Both the position numbers and the translations under genes were made by a program. From assembly GCA_964591795.1 (NCBI GenBank), contig CAZQEL010000002.1:38412-64995 (forward strand): DNA of 26,584 nt, in the 5' to 3' direction. Under the pieces are notes generated by a model. It saw only the letters and a list, made by a program, of their open reading frames with translations, searched no databases and had not been told where the DNA came from. This stretch comes from an uncultured archaeon (GTDB lineage Archaea; Iainarchaeota; Iainarchaeia; Iainarchaeales; CSSED10-239). Positions 17,822 through 25,358 of the stretch are shown here, piece by piece. Within the stretch, counting starts at the first letter, position 1, and every line of letters starts with the position of its first letter.

Positions 17822-18373
17822 CTATAAAATAATTATTTTTTTTAAATATTTTATTAATTCATTAAAAAAAGCATATATTTCTGGAATGTTTATAAAATAA
17901 TGTTCTTTATACTTTCTTAATTTTTCTTCAGTCCATTTTTGATCATGCCATTGTTCTTTATAATCTAAAACGTGAATTACTGGTTCTAAGGCATCTATAG
18001 CTTTTGCAAACTTACTTTCTATTGTTTTTTGTTCTTTAAATTCATTATAATATTTTTTATATTCTTCTTTTAACTCATCTGGTATTTTATTAATTAATAT
18101 TTCATAGGCTTTATCTTCAAGCATTTCTCTTTTATGGTTATCAACTATTTTATAGTGATCTTTTGAAATTATTTCAACTAGATCGTGATATGCTAATAAT
18201 TTTAATACCTGTAATTAATTGATAGGTTCTGTTATTTTTTTAAGAAAATATTTTGCGATTATGATTGTTGCCCATGAGTGTTCAGCTGAAGATTCTTTTC
18301 TGTTTTTTACTGTTGAATATCTTTCTACTTCTTTTAACTTTAATAAAAGTCTTATTTGATCTAAATTTTTCAT
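17822..18373 (-). pseudogene. HD-domain (YfbR/HD_3-like) phosphohydrolase with a single in-frame TAA
   Basis: The ATG at 18373 overlaps the porD TGA (ATGA). It reads MKNLDQIR...RKESSAEHSWATIIIAKYFLKKITEPIN-TAA(18215-18217)-LQVLKLLAYHDLVEI...MLEDKAY..., continuing in the same frame into the 17822..18124 ORF (AKAIDALEPVIH...). The HD dyad lies after the stop, and no canonical restart codon precedes it. Confidence 0.8.
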
Positions 18374-18645
18374 TCATCTTCCATTTTTATACATTTAACA
18401 GGACATACTTTTGCACAGATTCCGCAACCCTTACAAAAATCCATGTTTGTTTTTGTTCTTTTAATTTTACCATTTTTATCTTTTTCTAGTTGAATACAGT
18501 TTTCTGGACAATAATTATAACATATCATACAATGTAAGCATTTTTTTGAATCCCAGATTGGTTTTTTATGTTTCCAATTTCCTGTTTTATATTTATTTGA
18601 AGTTCCACCTTTTAAAACTCCACCAATTATTTTTTTATCAGCCAT
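18370..18645 (-). CDS. porD: Pyruvate/2-oxoacid:ferredoxin oxidoreductase delta subunit (2x[4Fe-4S] ferredoxin-like)
   Basis: KTGNWKHKKP, then CLHCMICYNYCP and CKGCGICAKVCP cluster motifs. I chose the ATG at 18645 (MADKK...), 16 nt after the porG stop. The track start at 18675 is a TTG inside porG. Confidence 0.88.
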   Translation of the reverse strand: MADKKIIGGVLKGGTSNKYKTGNWKHKKPIWDSKKCLHCMICYNYCPENCIQLEKDKNGKIKRTKTNMDFCKGCGICAKVCPVKCIKMEDE

Positions 18646-18661
18646 ATTTAATCTAAATAAT

Positions 18662-19213
18662 TTATATATTGTCAAACCCTCTTTTTAAACAATTAAGATT
18701 GGGTTTAATATAATGTTCTTTTCTTTTTTTTGTGAATTCTTGTTTAATTATTTTTTCCATATCTTTGTATTCTAAATAATTAAATTTTTTTAATTTTAAA
18801 TATTTAAGTAAGGCTCCAATAAGTACAATATTTGGGTTATTCATTTTTATTTCTTCCATGGATATTTTTGTTGCATCAAAGGTGTAAATTTCCTTACTTT
18901 TAAGGCCTTTAATTTCTTTATTTGTGTTAATTATTAAAGGACAGGTGTAGTTTTTAATTTCTGGTAATAGATTAGCTAAATGTCCATCTATAATTAGAAC
19001 AATATCAGGTTTAGTTATAGGTTCGTGTGTTCTAATTTGCTTGTCTGAAAGTCTAACAAATGCTTTAACTGGTGCTCCACGTCTTTCTGGTCCATATTCT
19101 GGAAAAGATTGAATATTTTTTCCACCTTCCATACCACCAAGAGCTATTAATTGTGAACAGGTTTTAGCTCCTTGTCCGCCTCTACCGTAAATTGAAATAC
19201 TTATATTTTTCAT
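18662..19213 (-). CDS. porG: Pyruvate/2-oxoacid:ferredoxin oxidoreductase gamma subunit
   Basis: Has IYGRGGQGAKT and FPEYGPERRGAPVKAFVRLS blocks. It is the first gene of the porGDAB order. Confidence 0.9.
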   Translation of the reverse strand: MKNISISIYGRGGQGAKTCSQLIALGGMEGGKNIQSFPEYGPERRGAPVKAFVRLSDKQIRTHEPITKPDIVLIIDGHLANLLPEIKNYTCPLIINTNKEIKGLKSKEIYTFDATKISMEEIKMNNPNIVLIGALLKYLKLKKFNYLEYKDMEKIIKQEFTKKRKEHYIKPNLNCLKRGFDNI

Positions 19214-19262
19214 AGTTATTCATTTTAAATTTTGTATTAATAGTTATTAACCAATAGAGTTT

Positions 19263-19279
19263 AAAGACTTACGGTCTTT
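19263..19279. promoter_or_regulatory. Short GC-containing palindrome (aaagac-ttacg-gtcttt) in the divergent porG / orf19402 intergenic region
   Basis: A 6-bp inverted repeat with a 5-nt spacer stands out from otherwise A/T-only DNA. It sits between two divergent starts, so it is not a terminator. Function is unknown. Confidence 0.2.
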
Positions 19280-19401
19280 TTAAAAAGTAAATTTTTAATA
19301 TTACTTTCTTTAAATAAATCATATTCATATAATATAAATATCCTTATGTTATATATATTATTATAAAAGTTAATTTTTTTAAAATAAAGGTGTGATAAAA
19401 T

Positions 19402-19755
19402 ATGCCAAATATAAAATCAAAAGATAGCTTTTCATGGGCAAAAGGTTCAACTTATACAAATAATCCTAGCTACCAAAGTACTGTAAATTATAAAAAAGAA
19501 TCTGTAGGCTTTGTTTCTCTTTCAAAAATAGTCACAGATATTAGAAAGATTCAAAGATTACTTTCTATTTCATTGTCCTCATTAACAAGAGAGGATTTAA
19601 CAAATTTAAAAAAAGATATTGTTTATTTTCAACATATGATTTCAAAAAATATTGCACAAAAAGATGCTCCTTCTAATATTGTAAGAGATTATAATAACTT
19701 AAATGAAGATGTTAGAGTAAAAATTTCAGAAATAGATAAAAAAATACTTAGTTAG
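19402..19755 (+). CDS. Hypothetical 117-aa protein
   Basis: AAGGTG at 19387-19392 lies 9 nt upstream of the ATG. I recognise no motif. Its stop overlaps the convergent membrane-protein stop. Confidence 0.6.
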   Translation: MPNIKSKDSFSWAKGSTYTNNPSYQSTVNYKKESVGFVSLSKIVTDIRKIQRLLSISLSSLTREDLTNLKKDIVYFQHMISKNIAQKDAPSNIVRDYNNLNEDVRVKISEIDKKILS

Positions 19756-21461
19756 TTTTTCTTTTTATTTCTTTTTTTATATTTTGTATATAGCTTATTA
19801 ATTATCCATGTTAGTATTATACAACCAATTGTTAAGCTTAAAATTCCTGATATTCCTTGCATAAACTCATTAGCAATTGCAAAAGATACTCCAATACCAA
19901 ATATTAAAAGACCACTGAATAGCTTTAGTATTTTTCCGTGTTTGTCTTCCATTTTACTAATTTTAAGTGTGAATGCTGCTATTGTGAATAAAACTATTTC
20001 ATCAAGGAGATAAATAAACATGTATATTATTAAAAGAGTATAGTACCATGTATTTGAAATTGTGCTGTTAGCAATCATGTTTGCCCAAAGTAAAGGAAGT
20101 CCTGCTGTACAAGGTATTTCTAAAATTGTAACCCCTGCAGCTAAAATTATAGTTCCTAAAATTATAGTGAAAAAGGTATTTTTAGGATTCATTAGGTTTC
20201 TTATTCTGTCAAATATTTTTGGTTTTTGTTTATCTGAAATAGTTAAAGAAATACCTTTTTTATACCAAAAATAGTCTTTAATATTAATTAGTCCAAAGAT
20301 CACTGATATTAAAACAATTATTAATTTAATTATTGGGCTATAAAAAAAGATTAATGCGTTAAGCACACTTGTGATAAATAATCCGTATATTATAGCGGTT
20401 ACTGTTAAAAATGTAGCTCCGATAATAAATATTTTTTTTCTAGATCCTGAATATACAATTATACTTAATAAAAATAATAATATCCATAGTGAACAGGGGT
20501 TAAGTCCATCTACAAAAGAAATAATTAATGTGTTTAAAAATAAAGATTTATGTTCAACACTAATTTCTTTACCAAATAATTTTATTTTATTTTCGCTATC
20601 TTTACTTGAAACATATTCGTTGCTACCAGGTAATTTTGTTGTAATAGATTCTATTGTATCTAATGGAGAGTTACAATTAATTTCTGTTGCGTAACATCTG
20701 TCAATTGCTTTGTTTAAATTATCTTTTATGTTTGTTTCTCCAGTAATGTATGTATTTCCAATAAATGCTGTTGGATATGCGTCTATTTGTATTGCATAAA
20801 CTTCTTTGTATTTTAAAAATAAGTCTTTATTTTCTTGAAGATTCAGATTATGTTTTTGAATATTTAAATTTGGATATTTTGTTTCTATATATTTAAAATA
20901 TTCTAATGTGTTAATACATTGTTGACAATCGTTAACATAAAATAAATTAATTAATATTTCCTTTCCTTTATTTGGTTCAAGAACAGTTGCTGTTTCTGGT
21001 GATTGAAATACAGTTACATAATTGGAGTCGCTAGTATACATTTCCCAAAGTTTTGGATCTTTTAAGTATATCATTGTATCTTTACAATTATTTATTGAGC
21101 AGTTATTAATTTTAGATATGATTTCTTGTTTAATATTTTCATTAAATCCAATCCATGATTTATTACCAATGAAAGTTATGGGGATACTTGTTGTTTTTTT
21201 ATTAAATGTGTTTCCAAACTCAACAAGTAGTTTTGCACTATCTCGTACAGTGTCAAGTTCGAAATAATTTACTTTAACATTAAGATTTATATTCACATAA
21301 TTCTTTAAAAAAGATTTTTCTTGAGCGCAGTAAGGACAATTAGATGTTCCAAAGAAATAAATATTAACTTCATTATTTGTTGTTTCTTGTGCGTTAATAA
21401 TTCCTGAAAAAGTAGTTATTATAATTGCAAGTATTAATATTATTATTATGTTTTTATTCAT
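19752..21461 (-). CDS. Secreted double glutaredoxin/thioredoxin-like domain fused to a CcdA/DsbD-like thiol-disulfide transporter membrane domain
   Basis: Signal/anchor segment first. Trx-fold module 1 has CPYC (FFGTSNCPYCAQEK) and module 2 has CQQC (YVNDCQQCINT). A polytopic C-terminal half carries two membrane-embedded Cys motifs (GLNPCSLW and EIPCTAGLP), as in CcdA/DsbD cores. Confidence 0.8.
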   Translation of the reverse strand: MNKNIIIILILAIIITTFSGIINAQETTNNEVNIYFFGTSNCPYCAQEKSFLKNYVNINLNVKVNYFELDTVRDSAKLLVEFGNTFNKKTTSIPITFIGNKSWIGFNENIKQEIISKINNCSINNCKDTMIYLKDPKLWEMYTSDSNYVTVFQSPETATVLEPNKGKEILINLFYVNDCQQCINTLEYFKYIETKYPNLNIQKHNLNLQENKDLFLKYKEVYAIQIDAYPTAFIGNTYITGETNIKDNLNKAIDRCYATEINCNSPLDTIESITTKLPGSNEYVSSKDSENKIKLFGKEISVEHKSLFLNTLIISFVDGLNPCSLWILLFLLSIIVYSGSRKKIFIIGATFLTVTAIIYGLFITSVLNALIFFYSPIIKLIIVLISVIFGLINIKDYFWYKKGISLTISDKQKPKIFDRIRNLMNPKNTFFTIILGTIILAAGVTILEIPCTAGLPLLWANMIANSTISNTWYYTLLIIYMFIYLLDEIVLFTIAAFTLKISKMEDKHGKILKLFSGLLIFGIGVSFAIANEFMQGISGILSLTIGCIILTWIINKLYTKYKKRNKKKN

Positions 21462-21685
21462 TTTTTTGCCTTTTTGTTATTCACTGTTATAAATTCGTTA
21501 ATTTCATTAATTAAATTTTTTTTATTTATTCCATACATTTTGCAAACAGAACCAATGTCTAAAATATCCATTTCCATTTTTGCCATAGGGCACATAACGC
21601 ATGGAAAATTATGGCTTAAAAGTATATCTATAACTTCTTTCATTTCAAAAAGTTTTTTTAATTTAGTTTTATCTGTTATTTTCAC
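21458..21685 (-). CDS. DUF1858-like small redox-disulfide protein (CxxC)
   Basis: 75 aa. VIDILLSHNFPCVMCPMAKMEM..LDIGSVCKMYGI resembles the hybrid-cluster-protein-associated redox disulfide domain. Its stop overlaps the downstream start (ATGA). Confidence 0.7.
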   Translation of the reverse strand: MKITDKTKLKKLFEMKEVIDILLSHNFPCVMCPMAKMEMDILDIGSVCKMYGINKKNLINEINEFITVNNKKAKK

Positions 21686-21688
21686 AAT

Positions 21689-22828
21689 TTATCTTTTTGA
21701 CATTTCTTTAAGTTTTTTAATGATTGGAATTAATTCAGATATTAATTTATCTGCATCTTCAAAAGTTGTTTCTTTACCAAGTGTTATTCTTATGTGTCCT
21801 GCTTGTTTTGTGTCGTTTGCTTTTATAGCCTTAAGCACATGATTTTCGTTATTATTATTAGAACCACAAGCAGATCCTGTAGATACTTTTATTCTTCTTA
21901 TATCTAAATTAAATAAAAGCGCATCTCCTTCAATTTTGTCAAATAAAAATGCAGTATGGTTACAAAGTCTATTTTCAAGAGGACCTAATAGTTTAACATT
22001 ACCTAATTTTAAAATATTATCAATTAAATGGTTTCTTATTTTTTTCATATATAATATATCTTCTTTATTAATTACATTAATACATTCTTGAAAACCAATT
22101 ATTCCAGGTACATTTAAAGTTCCACTTCTTAGATTGTACTCGTGGCCACCACCATGTAATAATGGAGTTAAATTAATACCTTCTTTTATTATTAAGGCTC
22201 CAATTCCTTTTGGTCCATATATTTTATGTGCATTTATTGTGACTAAATCTATATTTTGTTTTTCAAGATCAATTTCTGTTTTACAAAAACTTTGACAAGC
22301 ATCTATGTGTAAAAATGTTTTCTTTTCAGAACAAATATTACCAATTTTTTTTATATCTTGAATGGTTCCAATTTCATTATTTCCATGTATGATTGAAACT
22401 ATTATTGTATCATTTCTAATTTTATTTTTTAAATCTTCAAGATCTACAAATCCTTCTTTATCAACTTTTAAATATTCAACCTCATATCCTTGTGTTTTAA
22501 GGTATTTAACAGTATTAAGTACACTATCGTGTTCAATTGGAGTTGTAAGTATGTGTTTACCTTTATTAACATAACTCTGAGCAATTCCTTTAATTGCAAG
22601 ATTATTACTTTCAGTTCCACCAGAGGTAAAAATAAGTTTATGGTTAGTTGCATTTAGTTTATTTAAAATAATATTTCTTGCATTTTCAACAAGTTCGTTA
22701 ATTTCAACACCCAATGAATGCATGCTTGAACTGTTTGCAAAATTATCTGTAAAATAAGGTTTCATTTTTTCAAAAACTTTACTATCAACCGGTGTTGTTG
22801 CTGCAAAATCTAAATATATATATTTCAT
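21689..22828 (-). CDS. nifS: Cysteine desulfurase (NifS/IscS-type, class V PLP enzyme)
   Basis: Has IFTSGGTESNN, INAHKIYGPKGIGAL (PLP Lys), RSGTLNVPGI and STGSACGS (catalytic Cys loop). Confidence 0.9.
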   Translation of the reverse strand: MKYIYLDFAATTPVDSKVFEKMKPYFTDNFANSSSMHSLGVEINELVENARNIILNKLNATNHKLIFTSGGTESNNLAIKGIAQSYVNKGKHILTTPIEHDSVLNTVKYLKTQGYEVEYLKVDKEGFVDLEDLKNKIRNDTIIVSIIHGNNEIGTIQDIKKIGNICSEKKTFLHIDACQSFCKTEIDLEKQNIDLVTINAHKIYGPKGIGALIIKEGINLTPLLHGGGHEYNLRSGTLNVPGIIGFQECINVINKEDILYMKKIRNHLIDNILKLGNVKLLGPLENRLCNHTAFLFDKIEGDALLFNLDIRRIKVSTGSACGSNNNNENHVLKAIKANDTKQAGHIRITLGKETTFEDADKLISELIPIIKKLKEMSKR

Positions 22829-22831
22829 AAT

Positions 22832-23140
22832 TTAATCTCCTTTATCGTATAAAGAACAAGCATCTTTACAAAATTCTTCTCTGTGTTTTTTAATATGTTT
22901 AATAAGTGGTTTGATTGTTTTTTTATTTAAAGTGTATATTATATATTTTCCTTTTCTTTTTGAAAAAACAATTTTACATTCAGAAAGAATTTTTAAGTTG
23001 TGACTTACTTTTGATTGCTCTTCATTAATATCATTACATATATCTGTAACTGTTTTATCTTTATCATATAAGGAATAAATAATTTTCCATCTTGTTTTGT
23101 TTGAAATTACTGTAAAAAAATAATATGATTCGCACTTCAT
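22832..23140 (-). CDS. ArsR/SmtB-family HTH transcriptional regulator
   Basis: 102 aa. The wHTH pattern is ISNKTRWKIIYSL..KDKTVTDICNDINEEQSKVSHNLKIL....V..RKGKYIIYTL. The C-terminal CKDAC pair could sense metal or redox state. Confidence 0.8.
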   Translation of the reverse strand: MKCESYYFFTVISNKTRWKIIYSLYDKDKTVTDICNDINEEQSKVSHNLKILSECKIVFSKRKGKYIIYTLNKKTIKPLIKHIKKHREEFCKDACSLYDKGD

Positions 23141-23260
23141 ATAAAATATATTATAGAAAATGTTTAAATATTTATTTATTATCTATATTTTTGATTTTTT
23201 AGATAAATATATATATTTAATTGAAATTGAAAAAATATGGTCTGATATTGTTCACTTGAA

Positions 23261-24460
23261 TTAACTATCAATAATAAATTCCTTAGCCTTTTCAATATCA
23301 TCATTATATAATAAATCAAAAAGTCTTTGGTAATCAAAATCAGTAGATACTTGTGTTTGTTTTATTTGTTCAAAGAAAATACTTTTTGATATTTCAAATA
23401 AATTATCTTTATTTTGTTCAATACTTTTAAGTTTTTCAACACTTTCTTTTAGGCTTTGTTCTTGAATTTTATTTGCAAATGAAATATAAAATATTTTTTT
23501 ATAAGTTTCTTCAATTTCTTTAAAATTAATGTCTTTTATAAAATAACCTTCTTTTAGTTCTCCTTTAATTCTTATTCTTACAAAAGGTTTTTTGGTATGT
23601 TTGTTTTCTTTAAGTTTTTCAATTTCTTTAATTATACTTTCTTTAATTATGTGCACATCACATTTTTTTAAATTAAGATCTAAATAATATACTTTCCTTG
23701 TGTTGTTTATTGCTTTAAACTTAAGTTCGTTGGTTTTAGTATCAAGTATAAAATATCCTTTATCTTTATCAGATTCAATTTTTTTATTTTGTGTTGAGAC
23801 TGTTGAACCTGGCATAATAAATTTTGTTTTGTCATTAATTTGTTCAACAACACTCCAGTGAAGATGTCCATTTGCAATAATATCAAAACCTTTTGGAAGA
23901 TTACTAAGTGAGGCTATTTCATCTCCTTCAAATGGAAGATATTCTAAAATTGATTGGTGTATTAATAAAATATTATAATTGTCTTTAATTGGTTTTGGAT
24001 TCCATTTTTCTAAAATATCTTTAAAATATCTATCTGGCATACCAGATAAACCAAAAATAGTTATTTTTTCATTTTCTTTTTCAATAGTAATTGAATCTGC
24101 ATGAATTACTCTTAAAAAATTCATAACTTCTAAAAGTTCAACTGTTGATTTATAGTCTTTTCCTCTATATTCATGATTTCCAATAATTCCTATCATTGGT
24201 ATTTTTAGTTTTTTATTTTGTCTTGATTCTAGGTTTATTTTATTTTTAATATCTACTTCATTTAAAAGATGAATTGCTTCATAATAAACTTCAGGGCTTG
24301 GAAGGGTTTTATCAAATAAATCTCCACAGGTAATTATAAAATCAATATTTTCTTCTTTAATTTGTGTAAATGCTTGTGATAATTGCACAAATGAATCCAT
24401 TTCTAGTTCTGACCCAAAATTAAGTCCTAGATGCCAATCACTAAATATTGCAATTTTCAT
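23261..24460 (-). CDS. mre11: Mre11-type DNA double-strand-break repair nuclease (calcineurin-like metallophosphoesterase)
   Basis: Phosphoesterase motifs are in order: IFSDWHLG, CGDLFD, GNHE, LLIHQS, GHLHW. A coiled, K/E-rich C-terminal domain follows. Confidence 0.85.
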   Translation of the reverse strand: MKIAIFSDWHLGLNFGSELEMDSFVQLSQAFTQIKEENIDFIITCGDLFDKTLPSPEVYYEAIHLLNEVDIKNKINLESRQNKKLKIPMIGIIGNHEYRGKDYKSTVELLEVMNFLRVIHADSITIEKENEKITIFGLSGMPDRYFKDILEKWNPKPIKDNYNILLIHQSILEYLPFEGDEIASLSNLPKGFDIIANGHLHWSVVEQINDKTKFIMPGSTVSTQNKKIESDKDKGYFILDTKTNELKFKAINNTRKVYYLDLNLKKCDVHIIKESIIKEIEKLKENKHTKKPFVRIRIKGELKEGYFIKDINFKEIEETYKKIFYISFANKIQEQSLKESVEKLKSIEQNKDNLFEISKSIFFEQIKQTQVSTDFDYQRLFDLLYNDDIEKAKEFIIDS

Positions 24461-24531
24461 AAGTTTAACCTAATGTTTATAAACTATTCTAAATATAAAA
24501 TATATAGTTTGAAACAATATTTATATGTTGT

Positions 24532-24602
24532 GCCTCGATGGCAGAACGGTCATGCATCCGCCTGCAGAGCGGAAGAATTGGGTTCGACTCCCTATCGAGG
24601 CT
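24532..24602 (+). tRNA. tRNA-Cys(GCA): tRNA-Cys (anticodon GCA)
   Basis: The 7-bp acceptor stem gcctcga/tcgaggc has discriminator T, as expected for tRNA-Cys. The anticodon stem tccgc/gcgga carries loop ct-GCA-ga. The T-arm ttggg-ttcgact-cccta has one U-U mismatch. It is the only GC-rich island in the region; no CCA is encoded and no intron is seen. Confidence 0.88.
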
Positions 24603-24710
24603 TTAAATTAGCAATTAAAATGTAAAATTTTAAAATTATGATAAGAAAGAAATCTTTTGTAAATATAATTATTATAAATTATATAAAAGGATTAAAAGGT
24701 GGGAAAATTA

Positions 24711-25358
24711 ATGATATTAAATTATAAATATAAAAATTTAATTTTTAATACTTGTTTTATGAATGCTTCTGGACCATTATGTTCTACCTATGAAGTACTT
24801 TCTGAAATTGGTAAATCTAATTCTGGAGCTGTTGTTTTAAAGTCAGCAACAATTGAGCCAAGAGATGGGAATCCTGGTCCACGTTATTTTGAAAATAATT
24901 TGATTTCTATTAATTCTATGGGTCTTCCAAACCCAGGTTATAAAAAACTGATTGAAATTATTCCAAAATTAAAGGAATTTAATAAACCAATTATTGCAAG
25001 TATATCTGGTTTTTCAAAAGAAGATTATTTAGAAATGGTTAGAGAGTTTGATTCTAAAGGTGCAGATATTTTAGAAATAAATTTATCTTGTCCAAATATA
25101 GTTGGTAAACCACAGGCTGGTTATAATTTTGAATATTCAAAAGAAGTTTTAGAAGCAGTAAGAAAAATAACAACTAAACCAATTGCAGTTAAATTACCAC
25201 CATATTTAGATTTAGTACATCAAAAACAAATTGCTGAAATACTAATAAATGCAAAAGTTGATTTTGCGGTTCTTATTAACTCTGTAGGTAATTGTTTAGT
25301 TATTTCTTGCATAATTTCAATGGTAGGATTATTTTTTAATACATTTGATATTCCATAA
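24711..25358 (+). pseudogene. pyrD: Dihydroorotate dehydrogenase (class 1), 3'-truncated; homology ends near 25289-25292
   Basis: AAGGTG at 24696-24701 precedes the ATG at 24711. DHODH blocks run through NASGP, VLKSAT, NSMGLPNPG, ASISG, EINLSCPN, AVKLPPY and VLINSVGN. The frame then enters the antisense of a tandem repeat (CLVISCIISMVGLFFNTFDIP-stop). The C-terminal third, roughly 100 aa by comparison with typical class 1 enzymes, is missing. Confidence 0.8.

Noticed and set aside
18215-18217. In-frame TAA codons (here and at 26174-26176) as evidence of stop-codon reassignment.
   Set aside because: TAA clearly terminates well-conserved genes at their expected ends (aIF1A, the KH protein, acs, porB, porG, DUF424). 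TAG and TGA are also used as stops. Pseudogenisation or sequence error is more parsimonious.
15838-18373. The extra ORFs in the por operon as PorE/PorF-type polyferredoxin subunits.
   Set aside because: orf259 contains no cysteine. The other ORF has clear HD_3-type hydrolase motifs (EHSW, HD, AKAIDALE) and no Fe-S cluster motifs.
23165-23174. 10-bp palindrome taaatattta in the ArsR-operon promoter region as an operator. The same applies to similar A/T palindromes at 11923-11936 and 10598-10612.
   Set aside because: Perfect A/T-only palindromes of this length are expected by chance in DNA this AT-rich. The sequence alone gives no specific support for regulator binding.
24431-24625. 64-aa ORF on the plus strand.
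   Set aside because: It overlaps the mre11 start and runs straight through the tRNA-Cys gene. Its apparent coding potential is just the GC-rich tRNA sequence.
24603-25289. tRNA-Cys as an integration site (att) for the anomalous region downstream.
   Set aside because: An apparently native pyrD 5' portion with its own SD lies between the tRNA and the junction. I found no repeat of the tRNA 3' end downstream, and no integrase gene is present.
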